Positions 1-11,493 are shown, counted from the stretch's first letter. The stretch: 64,000 nucleotides of DNA from Mayamaea pseudoterrestris (GCA_027923505.1 BROI01000038.1:1-64000), one strand, 5' to 3'. The notes: generated by a model from the sequence alone, not told the origin. Numbers and translations: made by a program.

Positions 1-3000
1 GCTTGGGACATGATCCAAGGTCACAAATGGATATTGTATAGTGGATTCACTTTGTGCATTTGCACTCCTGTGTTTTTGCTTCCAGATGAAGTTGCTGGTA
101 TGTACTCGCTGACACCCAGCAGTGGCAAACATGGAAGGTGCCCTCTATCGTACAGCCACTGTGCATGTCGAGCACACGGAGCCCAACTCTTCCTTGTGAT
201 TTGTTTTGCGCTCGTTTCCTGCTTGCCTTTTGCCTTCCTCGCGCTTCGTTGCAGTCGACATCAGTCCCCACAATCTCTTTTAAGCTGGCTTGGGGCATGG
301 TCCAAGGTCAGAAATGGATATTGTATAGTGCGTTCACTTTGTGCTTTGCCTCCTGCATGTTGCCTGCTTCCAGATCCGCAGAAGTTGCTGTTGTATGTAC
401 TACCCAACTGCCGAACACCAACCTAGCAGTGGCAAACTGAAGTGCCCACACTCTTCGTGCAGCCGCTGTGCATGTCCGAGGGCACAAGACATACCTCCTT
501 GGTGAATTTGTTTTGCGCATCAGCCTCCTGCTTGCCTTTTGCCTTCAGGTCAGCAGCTTCAGTTAGCAGGTACTATGTGACTGCCTAGATCCCCACAATC
601 TCTTTGTAAACTGGCTTGGGGCATGATCCAAGGTCACAAATGGATATTGTATAGTGCATTCACTTTGTGCATTTGCCTCCTGCATGTTGCCTGCTTCCAG
701 ATCCGCAGAAGTTGCTGGTATGTACTACCCAACTGCCGAACACCAACCTAGCAGTGGCAAACATGAAGTGCCCACACACTCTATGCGTACAGCCACTGTG
801 CATGATCCGAGGGAACAAGACATACCTCCTTGGTGAATTTTTTTTTGCGCATCAGCCTCCTGCTTGCCTTTTGCCTTCAGGTCAGCAGCTTCAGTTAGCA
901 GGTACTATGTGACTGCCTACCCTAGCAGTGGCAAACATCAGATCCCCACAATCTCTTTGTAAACTGGCTTGGGGCATGATCCAAGGTCACAAATGGATAT
1001 TGTATAGTGCATTCACTTTGTGCATTTGCCTCCTGCATGTTGCCTGCTTCCAGATCCACAGAAGTTGCTGGTATGTACTACCCAACTGCCGAACACCAAC
1101 CTAGCAGTGGCAAACATGAAGTGCCCACACACTCTATGCGTACAGCCACTGTGCATGATCCAAGGGCACAAGACATACCTCCTTGGTGAATTTGTTTTGC
1201 GCATCAGCCTCCTGCTTGCCTTTTGCCTTCAGGTCAGCAGCTTCAGTTAGCAGGTACTATGTGACTGCCTACCCTAGCAGTGGCAAACATCAGATCCCCA
1301 CAATCTCTTTGTAAACTGGCTTGGGGCATGATCCAAGGTCACAAATGGATATTGTATAGTGCATTCACTTTGTGCATTTGCCTCCTGCATGTTGCCTGCT
1401 TCCAGATCCGCAGAAGTTGCTGGTATGTACTACCCAACTGCCGAACACCAACCTAGCAGTGGCAAACATGAAGTGCCCACACACTCTATGCGTACAGCCA
1501 CTGTGCATGATCCAAGGGCACAAGACATACCTCCTTGGTGAATTTGTTTTGCGCATCAGCCTCCTGCTTGCCTTTTGCCTTCAGGTCAGCAGCTTCAGTT
1601 AGCAGGTACTATGTGACTGCCTACCCTAGCAGTGGCAAACATCAGATCCCCACAATCTCTTTGTAAACTGGCTTGGGGCATGATCCAAGGTCACAAATGG
1701 ATATTGTATAGTGCATTCACTTTGTGCATTTGCCTCCTGCATGTTGCCTGCTTCCAGATCCGCAGAAGTTGCTGGTATGTTCTACCCAACTGCCGAACAC
1801 CAACCTAGCAGTGGCAAACATGAAGTGCCCACACACTCTATGCGTACAGCCACTGTGCATGATCTGAGGGCACAAGACACACCTCCTTGGTGAATTTGTT
1901 TTGCGCATCAGCCTCCTGCTTGCCTTTTGCCTTCAGGTCAGCAGCTTCAGTTAGCAGGTACTATGTGACTGCCTACCCTAGCAGTGGCAAACATCAGATC
2001 CCCACAATCTCTTTGTAAACTGGCTTGGGGCATGATCCAAGGTCACAAATGGATATTGTATAGTGCATTCACTTTGTGCATTTGCCTCCTGCATGTTGCC
2101 TGCTTCCAGATCCGCAGAAGTTGCTGGTATGTACTACCCAACTGCCGAACACCAACCTAGCAGTGGCAAACATGAAGTGCCCACACACTCTATGCGTGCA
2201 GCCATTGTGCATGATCCAAGGGCACAAGACATACCTCCTTGGTGAATTTGTTTTGCGCATCAGCCTCCTGCTTGCCTTTTGCGTTCAGGTCAGCAGCTTC
2301 AGTTAGCAGGTACTATGTGACTGCCTACCCTAGCAGTGGCAAACACCAGATTCCCACAATCTCTTTGTAAACTGGCTTGGGGCATGATCCAAGATCACAA
2401 ATGGATATTGTATAGTGCATTCACTTTGTGCATTTGCCTCCTGCATGTTGCCTGCTTCCAGATCCGCAGAAGTTGCTGGTATGTACTACCCAACTGCCGA
2501 ACACCAACCTAGCAGTGGCAAACATGAAGTGCCCACACACTCTATGCGTACAGCCACTGTGCATGATCCGAGGGCACAAGACATACCTCCTTGGTGAATT
2601 TGTTTTGCGCATCAGCCTCCTGCTTGCCTTTTGCCTTCAGGTCAGCAGCTTCAGTTAGCAGGTACTATGTGACTGCCTACCCTAGCAGTGGCAAACATCA
2701 GATCCCCACAATCTCTTTGTAAACTGGCTTGGGGCATGATCCAAGGTCACAAATGGATATTGTATAGTGCATTCACTTTGTGCATTTGCCTCCTGCATGT
2801 TGCCTGCTTCCAGATCCGCAGAAGTTGCTGGTATGTACTACCCAACTGCCGAACACCAACCTAGCAGTGGCAAACATGAAGTGCCCACACACTCTATGCG
2901 TACAGCCACTGTGCATGATCCAAGGGCACAAGACATACCTCCTTGGTGAATTTGTTTTGCGCATCAGCCTCCTGCTTGCCTTTTGCCTTCAGGTCAGCAG

Positions 3001-4489
3001 CTTCAGTTAGCAGGTACTATGTGACTGCCTACCCTAGCAGTGGCAAACATCAGATCCCCACAATCTCTTTGTAAACTGGCTTGGGGCATGATCCAAGGTC
3101 ACAAATGGATATTGTATAGTGCATTCACTTTGTGCATTTGCCTCCTGCATGTTGCCTGCTTCCAGATCCGCAGAAGTTGCTGGTATGTACTACCCAACTG
3201 CTGACCACCAACCTAGCAGTGGCAAACATGAAGTGCCCACACACTCTATGTGCGACAGCCACTGTCGGCCAAGGCATACCTCCTTGAAGAATTTGTTTTG
3301 CGCATCAGCCTCCTGCTTGCCTTTTGCCTTCAGGTCAGCAGCTTCAGTTAGCAGGTACTATGTGACTGCCTACCCTAGCAGTGGCAAACATCAGATCCCC
3401 ACAATCTCTTTGTAAACTGGCTTGGGGCATGATCCAAGGTCACAAATGGATATTGTATAGTGCATTCACTTTGTGCATTTGCCTCCTGCATGTTGCCTGC
3501 TTCCAGATCCGCAGAAGTTGCTGGTATGTACTACCCAACTGCCGAACACCAACCTAGCGTGGCAAACATGAAGTGCCCACACACTCTATGCGTACACCAC
3601 TGTGCATGATCCGAGGGCACAAGGAATTCTTTGGTGAATTAGCTTTGCGCTTCAGCCTTTGCTTGCCTTCAGGTCAGCAGCTTCAGTTAGCAGGTACTAT
3701 GTGACTGCCTACCCTAGCAGTGGCAAACATCAGATCCCCACAATCTCTTTGTAAACTGGCTTGGGGCATGATCCAAGGTCACAAATGGATATTGTATAGT
3801 GCATTAACTTTGTGCATTTGCCTCCTGCATGTTGCCTGCTTCCAGATCCGCAGAAGTTGCTGGTATGTACTACCCAACTGCCGAACACCAACCTAGCAGT
3901 GGCAAACATGAAGTGCCCACACACTCTATGCGTACAGCCACTGTGCATGATCCGAGGGCACAAGACATACCTCCTTGGTGAATTTGTTTTGCGCATCAGC
4001 CTCCTGCTTGCCTTTTGCCTTCAGGTCAGCAGCTTCAGTTGGCAGGTACTATGTGACTGCCTACCCTAGCAGTGGCAAACATCAGATACCCACAATTTTT
4101 TTTGTAAACTGGCTTGGGGCATGCTCCAAGATCACAAATGGATATTGTATAGTGCATTCACTTTGTGCATTTGCCTCCTGCATGTTGTCTGCTTCCAGAT
4201 CCGCAGAAGTTGCTGGTATGTACTACCCAACTGCCGAACACCAACCTAGCAGTGGCAAACATGAAGTGCCCACACACTCTATGCGTACAGCCACTGTGCA
4301 TGATCCGAGGGCACAAGACATACCTTCTTGGTAATTTGTTTTGCGCATCAGCCTTCTGCTTGCCTTTTGCCTTCAGGTCAGCAGCTTCAGTTAGCAGGTA
4401 CTATGTGACTGCCTACCCTAGCAGTGGCAAACATCAGATCCCCACAATCTCTTTGTAAAGTGGCTTGGGGCATGATCCAAGGTCACAAA
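1..4489. repeat. Satellite A: 352-bp tandem repeat (about 12-13 copies, runs off the left edge), each unit a dimer of diverged ~179-bp and ~173-bp monomers
   Basis: Near-identical ORFs recur at 1007, 1359, 1711, 2063, 2415, 2767 and 3119 (period 352). GCATGATCCAAGG and CCTAGCAGTGGCAAACAT each occur twice per unit (for example 974 and 1153). Confidence 0.97.
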
Positions 4490-6778
4490 CGCCCCTACAG
4501 CAAGCCCTGTAGGTGCCTAAAATACACCAGAATGGTGCCAACATCCTTATTCCGGCTGCGCTACAAGATAGTTGGCTTGACTGGTGTCTCAGGGGATGGC
4601 AATGTATTCGGTGACAACTTGTCACCAGTCTCAGCCTGCAGATGCCGTGACATTCAAATGCCCCTACAGCAAGCCCTGTAGGTGCCCAAAATACTCCCAA
4701 ATGGTGCCAACATCCTTATTCCGGCTGCGCTACAAGATGGTATGCTTGGCTGGTGTCTCAGGGGATGGCAATGTTTTGGTGACAACTTGTCACCAGTCTT
4801 AGCCCACAGATGCCGTGACATTCAAACGCCCCTACAACAAGCCCTGTAGGTGCCCAAAATACATAAGAATGGTCCCTAATCCTTATTCAGGATGCGCTAC
4901 AACATGGGGTAGGCTTGGCTGGTGTCTCAGGGGATGGCAATGTATTTGATGACAACTTGTCACCAGTCTCAGCCCGCAGATGCTGTTACATTCAAACGCC
5001 CCTACAGCAAGCCCTGTAGGTGCCCAAAAATACTCCCAAATGGTGCCAACATCATTAATCAGGCTGCGTTACAAGATGGTAGTCTTGGCTGGTGTCTCAG
5101 GGGATGGCAATGTATTTGGTGACAACTTGTCACCAGTCTCAGCCTGCAGATGCCGTGACATTCAAACGCCCCTACAGCAAGCCCTGTAGGTGCCCAAAAT
5201 ACTCCCAAATGGTACCAACAACATTAATCAGGCTGCGCTACAAGATGGTATGCTTGGCTGGTGTCTCAGGGGATGGCAATGTATTTGGTGACAACTTGTC
5301 ACCAGTCTCAGCCCGCAGATGCTTTGACATTCAAACGCCCCTACAGCAAGCCCTGTAGGTGCCCAAAATACACCCAAATGGTGCCAACATCATTAATCAG
5401 GCTGCGCTACAAGATGGCAGTCTTGGCTGGTGTCTCAGGGCATGGCAATGTATTTGGTGACAACTTGTCACCAGTCTCAGCCCGCAGATGCCGTGACATT
5501 CAAATGCCCCTACAGCAAGCCCTGTAGGTGCCCAAAATACACCAGAATGGTGCCAACATTATTTTTAAGGCTGCGCTACAAGATGGTAGGCTTGGCTGGT
5601 GTCTCAGGGGATGGCATTGTATTTGGTGACAACTTGTCACCAGTCTCAGCCTGCCGATGCCGTGACATTCAAACGCCCCTACAGCAAGCCCTGTAGGTGC
5701 CCAAAATACACCAGAATGGTGCCAACATCATTAATCAGGCTGCGCTACAAGATGGTAGTCTTGGCTGGTGTCTCAGGGGATGGCAATGTATTTGGTGACA
5801 ACTTGTCACCAGTCTCAGCCCGCAGATGCCGTGACATTCAAACGCCCCTACAGCAAGCCCTGTAGGTGCCCAAAATACTCCCAAATGGTACCAACAACAT
5901 TAATCAGGCTGCGCTACAAGATGGTATGCTTGGCTGGTGTCTCAGGGGATGGCAATGTATTTGGTGACAACTTGTCACCAGTCTCAGCCCGCAGATGCTG
6001 TGACATTCAAACGCCCCTACAGCAAGCCCTGTAGGTGCCCAAAATACACCCAAATGGTGCCAACATCATTAATCAGGCTGCGCTACAAGATGGCAGTCTT
6101 GGCTGGTGTCTCAGGGCATGGCAATGTATTTGGTGACAACTTGTCACCAGTCTCAGCCCGCAGATGCCGTGACATTCAAATGCCCCTACAGCAAGCCCTG
6201 TAGGTGCCCAAAATACACCAGAATGGTGCCAACATTATTTTTAAGGCTGCGCTACAAGATGGTAGGCTTGGCTGGTGTCTCAGGGGATGGCATTGTATTT
6301 GGTGACAACTTGTCACCAGTCTCAGCCTGCCGATGCCGTGACATTCAAACGCCCCTACAGCAAGCCCTGTAGGTGCCTAAAATACACCAGAATGGTGCCA
6401 ACATCATTAATCAGGCTGCGCTACAACATGGTAGGCTTGGCTGGTGTTCAGGAGATGGCAATGTATTTGGTGACAACTTGTCACCTGTCTCAGCCCGCAG
6501 ATGTCGTGACATTCAAACGCCCCTACAGCAAGCCCTGTAGGTGCCCAAACATACACCAGAATGGTGCCAACATTATTGTTTAGGCTGAGCTACAAGATGG
6601 TAGGCTTGGATGGTGTCTCAGGGGATGGCAATGTATTTGGTGACAACTTGTCACCAGTCTCAGCCTGCCGATGCCGTGACATTCAAACGCCCCTACAGCA
6701 AGCCCTGTAGGTGCCCAAAATACACCAGAATGGTGCCAACATCATTATTCAGGCTGCGCTACAAGATGGTAGGCTTGG
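4486..6778. repeat. Satellite B: 169-bp tandem repeat (about 13.5 copies) with a 4-monomer, 676-bp higher-order duplication
   Basis: Repeated ORFs start at 5092, 5261, 5430, 5599, 5768, 5937, 6106 and 6275. Diagnostic variants (GGTACCAACAACATT, TCTCAGGGCATGG, ATTATTTTTAAGG) recur 676 bp apart. Confidence 0.97.
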
Positions 6779-7692
6779 ACCAAAGGTTTGGCCATGCAGG
6801 TGCTCATTTAATGCTCCATTGGTGCACCAGTGGTGTCTTCGAGACAGATGGCCCTTCAACTGGCGCTCAGAAGGATTTTCCTTCTCACCGTCACTGAGCT
6901 ACTTGAATGCCATGTAGGGGTTTCACCACGCCAAATGAACATATGGGACAAGGGTTTGGCCATGCAGGTGCTCATTGGATGCTCCATTGGTGCACCAGTG
7001 GCGCCTTCTAGGCAGATGGCCCTTCAAGGGGCACTCAGAAGGCTTTTCCTTCTCGCTTCCACTGAGCTACTTGGATGCCGTGGATGGTTTTCACCACACC
7101 AAATGAACATATGGGACAAGGGTTTGGCCATGCAGGTGCTCATAGGATGCTCCATTGGTGCACCAGTGGCGCCTTCTAGGCAGATGGCTTTTCAACTGGC
7201 GCTCAGATAGATTTTCCTTCTCGCCATCACTGAGCTACGCGGATGCCATGGAGGGGTTTCGCCACGCCAAATGAACATACAAGCAAGGGTTTGGCCATGC
7301 AGTTAATCATAGGATGCTCCATTGGTGCACCAGTGGCGCCTTCTAGGCCAAAGGCCCTTCAAGGGGAGTTCAGAAGATTTTTCCTTTTCGTCGTCACGGA
7401 GCTACACAGATGCCATGGAGGGGTTTCACCACGCCAAATGAACATACAGGACAAGGGTTTGGCCATGCAGGTGCTCATTGGATGCTCCATTGGTGCACCA
7501 GTGGCGCCTTCTAGGCCGATGGCCCTTCTACCGGCGCTTGGAAGGTGCTTCCTTCTCGCCGTCACTGCGCTTCTTGGATGCCATGGAGGGGTTTACCACG
7601 CCAAATGAACACATGGGACAAAATTTTGCATGCAGGTGCTCATAGGATGGTAAAGTGGTGCTCCAGTGGCACCTTCTACTGGCAGGCAGATG
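6777..7692. repeat. Satellite C: ~168-bp tandem repeat (about 5.5 more diverged copies)
   Basis: GCCATGCAG occurs at 6791, 6959, 7127, 7294 and 7462. The core CCATTGGTGCACCAGTGG is conserved, and the last copy is decayed. Confidence 0.95.
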
Positions 7693-7970
7693 ACGGGGCT
7701 ACGACGGGGCGTACTTGCGCGTCGTAGTTTGTACCGGTACGACAAGAAGAATGAAATCGCATCAAGGCAACAACATCGATACATGCGAGATTTCGACGGG
7801 GACTTGAGAAGCCAACCAGGAAGCGCTGCAGCGAAATGGGAACAATTTGAAATAAAAGCTACACCTGCTAGACTCAAATCGTTTCTTATTCATTATTCAT
7901 TAAACGAATTTCGACGCATGTATCGTTGAGAATTGGCACGATCCATTCTTGGACACCGCTATCCGCCACC

Positions 7971-8777
7971 ATGGCACCATCAAAGCAAAAGAAAACGACT
8001 CTTGACGAACTTGTCTTGATGGATCCTGACCTGCTTCGGTTTCAGCATAGTCGAATTCGTCCCGTATTTTCAGGTTGCGGGCGGAGTCTTAAGGAAACGC
8101 TGCAGTCTATACTCGACGGAAGACTGCATCCATCCAATCTTCCTCCTATGCAAGTGATTGCAGGAACGGCAGAGAATGGCGGAGACGAGCCTTGCTATAT
8201 TTCATTGAACAATCGACGACTTTGGATTATGAAGGAGTGTAGAAAGCAAGGGTTGTTGGATGATAACAAGATCGGCGTCCGAGTTCGACAAGCAAAAAGT
8301 ATTGCAGAAGCCAACCGATACGTGGCTGCGAACTGTTCCTTGCATGCATCAATTATGCGAGAGAATGCTGCAAAAACACGTGAAAGAAAAGAAACGGTTG
8401 AGCTCGAGGTAGAAAATGTGGAGAATGGAGATGGAGGCGTCAATAATGCTGGAGAGGGCGAGCACGACGTCGCAAGTATCTCGTCGTCGGACGATGCAGA
8501 CAATGAAAGTGCTCCACAACAAGTCTCCATGCAGAATCGATTTGGGATACTTGACTCGTCCAGCTCCGATGACGATGATGATGATCAATCAGATATAGAC
8601 GTCAACAAAGATGGCGACGGTGGTGAAGTTGGTAGTCTCAAAAAAAGTCTGCTACAACTTGCCAACCTTCGCCTTCCGTCGTCGGTGCTCACTGAGGATG
8701 CAGCTATGCAACACCTCACGCAAATGAGATCACCCGATGAGAGTGCCATGCAAGCCAATGAGGATCCTCGGTTTTGA
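7971..8777 (+). CDS. Protein with an N-terminal ParB/sulfiredoxin-like domain and an acidic linker; may be the 5' part of a longer frameshifted gene
   Basis: ATG at 7971. LRFQHSRIRPVFSG...LPPMQVI...YISLNNRRLWIMK resembles the ParB/Srx 'PI.V...DGxRRL' pattern, followed by D/S-rich tracts. Confidence 0.6.
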   Translation: MAPSKQKKTTLDELVLMDPDLLRFQHSRIRPVFSGCGRSLKETLQSILDGRLHPSNLPPMQVIAGTAENGGDEPCYISLNNRRLWIMKECRKQGLLDDNKIGVRVRQAKSIAEANRYVAANCSLHASIMRENAAKTRERKETVELEVENVENGDGGVNNAGEGEHDVASISSSDDADNESAPQQVSMQNRFGILDSSSSDDDDDDQSDIDVNKDGDGGEVGSLKKSLLQLANLRLPSSVLTEDAAMQHLTQMRSPDESAMQANEDPRF

Positions 8778-9805
8778 CCATGAGCATATTCTCTGCGACG
8801 GCATGCACGAATACACCGAAATCATTGACAATTCGACAAATCCATATTTTTCGGTGCAACTTGAGTGCGGTGTGACAGTCTATTGCGCTCCCAATGTCTT
8901 TTCGCAGTGCCCATCAGTGCTTGGTGACCTAGAGTCCGACTTGATGGATTGTTTGAACTTACTTCCGAGGAATCTGCACCGCCTGATACGACGAACTCGC
9001 GTTTGGGTGAATTCGTCCTATCAGTATGGACCGCGCAATTCTCCCATGGTTGTCAACCACACGACCGCGCATCATCATCCTGGGTGGCTGGCGTGGGCGC
9101 ATGATCGTCTCGACAAGACGTATGAAATAGAAATTTACAATTGTTACGATTACCGACGGATGCGGCTGCATTGGAATGGGTGTGGCTTGGTACTGCATGA
9201 ACTCTGCCATCTAATTCATCAGTTTGCACTGGCTGATGGCCTTGAAAACAAGCCTGTCATGGAGGCGTACGAAACGGCGCGGGCGTCTGGTCTATACGCT
9301 AACGTTCGTCGACGAGACTGGGCAGGAAAGCGACGAGGATTGTGATTTAGCATACGCGATGGTAGACTGTAAGGAATTTTTTAGCGAGATGTCGGTTGCA
9401 TACTGGAGCAAGGGATATCGTGAGCTCGACCAGGAGAATGAATCCGAGCTACTTTGCTGTACGCCGCCACTGATGGAACCTACGGTCATTGAAAGGGTCC
9501 GCGGCCAAATGCCCGAACATGCTGAGTCTTTTGAGAAGAATTGTAGCCACAAAACGCACTCGCCCATTGAATCGTTTCTGCAGAGAATGTTTCTTCATAC
9601 AAAGGAACAGCGCATGTGCAACAAGTTTTACCCGTTTACGTGTGGTCAATTGCGAAACTACGATCCAGCGACCTTTACGGCCGTGAGTCGACTATGGAAG
9701 GAAATTGCAGGTTGGCATGATCCGACCGTGGACGATGAGGACATGTCTCGCGGCAACGGCCGTTGGTGTTGGTTGGCGCCTTTGTCAGTTCGCAAGGACC
9801 CGTAA
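8737..9805 (+). CDS. Zincin metallopeptidase-like protein, split by a +1 frameshift at ~9327-9331
   Basis: HExxH motif LVLHELCHLIH in ORF 8737-9345. YAMVDCKEFFSEMSVAYW (third-ligand Glu helix) and FYPFT..QLRNYDP in ORF 9224-9805. Removing one A from GGAAAGC joins the two frames. Confidence 0.7.
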
Positions 9806-9905
9806 CCATTATATAGTGATACTGTAAACTTATAAGCAGTCAACTGTATGCAGCGCCAAGTGGAGGCGGCTACATAATTACATTAAATTATGATTTATCT
9901 TCCTT

Positions 9906-11493
9906 TCAATCGTCACGAAAGAAAACCACTTGCTCCTGTTCCATAATTCCCGAATCGGCCACACTGTACCAGTCAGGTGTCTCGTTGGATTGCAGTCGAT
10001 AATCGTAAAATAGTTCTTCGTCGCAAATGTCGCGACGGGCAACCAAGCACAGACCGTGCATGACAATGGGCTCATTGTAGAATGCCCGACTCTTCCAACT
10101 TGGCTGCCTTGCGTACGCGTTGGGTAAGTATTTCATGTAAGCGTGTGACTGACATTCGCCTGCTGCGTCCGACTCCAGGTCATGGAACATTCGTTCCGAA
10201 AAATCAATCATGGTCGTTAAACAATTAGGCCGTGTTTTGTGCAAGGGATGGTTCACCATGTGACCGAGCGCCCACGGATTGCATCCACTTGCGTTTCCAA
10301 CTAGTACAGTTACTGGTGATTGCCTCGAATCGATGATAAAGTCATCGAACCGAAGCGAAATGAAGCAATGTTCATCCTCCTCGTCAAGATGTGCCATCAC
10401 CTCCGGTGCTGTAGTCAGCAGATGCTCCTTTGGCCAAGCATCTCCAGGCTGGAATGAAACAATCGATCCTGTCAGGGCACTTCCATCCACGAAGACTCCT
10501 CGACCAGCATTTGGAATGGATGATCGCAACGACAAGATGGAGTAACCAATTCGACGGCGAATACAAGCGGACCGAACCAGGTTAATAGTTTGATACTTGC
10601 GCATGAGCTGTAGACTCGATGGCGCAAGAGTGGACGTATCGTTACCAAAAGGGTCATTCCGATGTGCTTGCGTTTCTCCTCTAGTGAGGAAGAGGAGTAG
10701 CAAAGTAATGGCCTCTTGCTTGGTGGTCAGGAAGCCTGTCAACGAGGGCGAGCATGAGTCCGTAGCGGTAGCCATTTGGTCTTGCAAGTCGGCAAGTTCT
10801 TGCTCCAAAATAGCGATAAAGGACCCCGAGTCCATTCCCCAAAAAAGGATCCAAGCCGTTCGAATGGTTGAGTTGGGTATTAGTACACGGAAATAATTTC
10901 GAATCAACTTGACGAAAGGTATGAATGATTTCGACAACTTGCGGATGAATGGCGTCCTGCAACTCAATGCGCAATCGTTCATTTGACATTTCGTCTAGCC
11001 TCCTTTCGTCAAGTTTCTCAATAGCAGCTTCGTATAGCGCATCCTTGTCTTGGTCATGCGCTAATTGGTTTGTTGACAGTGAGTTCGCAGATGCAAGTCG
11101 ACAAAGGCGTCGATACTCAAGTGCTAGCAAGGACAAGTAAATATACTGTCGCTCGAGCAACTTTTTGGGATTCTCAAAGTCGTCGCCAACTAGTATAGTT
11201 CGAACAACCGATTGTATTCGAGTAAAGAAAGTTCGCCTTTGTGCTAACTTGCTACCGGTTTGGAAATTCACATGTGAAAAGGTGACTGACGTGACGGCGG
11301 ATGAATGAGACGACGACGATAGAGTTGCTTGGATTGGAGGTCCCTTTACATGATGAAGCTTTCTCGTATAAATTGCTGATGCATTGATTGTAACTGCTCT
11401 CCGACCAGCCGTGAGCGTCATTGTCTTGGGGAGACGTATGATCCGTAAGGTATGGTCTCGATGCTGATTTGGGTCGACGAGAAGAATGGACAT
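9906..11493 (-). CDS. SET-domain methyltransferase (SETD9-like), with one frameshift at ~10837-10846
   Basis: SET motifs AGRGVF, ALGHMVNHP and EELFYDY. ORFs 10681-11493 and 9906-10982 join into ~528 aa if one base is removed from the C4/A6 run. Confidence 0.8.

Noticed and set aside
3240..3670. Shortened and divergent satellite A units
   Set aside because: The clustered small deletions look like low-quality consensus and cannot be told from real variants without reads.
4486..6778. CRISPR-like array (hairpin repeats at regular spacing)
   Set aside because: The intervening sequences are near-identical rather than unique spacers, there are no cas genes, and the context is eukaryotic.
1..7692. 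Tandem 5S rRNA, tRNA, snRNA or hammerhead ribozyme arrays
   Set aside because: I recognised no 5S, tRNA or snRNA motifs and no CTGATGA...GAAA core in the monomers. An Rfam scan would settle it.
1..7727. Dozens of short repeated ORFs within the satellites
   Set aside because: They are by-products of the tandem repeats. Unit lengths of 352 and 169 are not multiples of 3, and frames break between copies.
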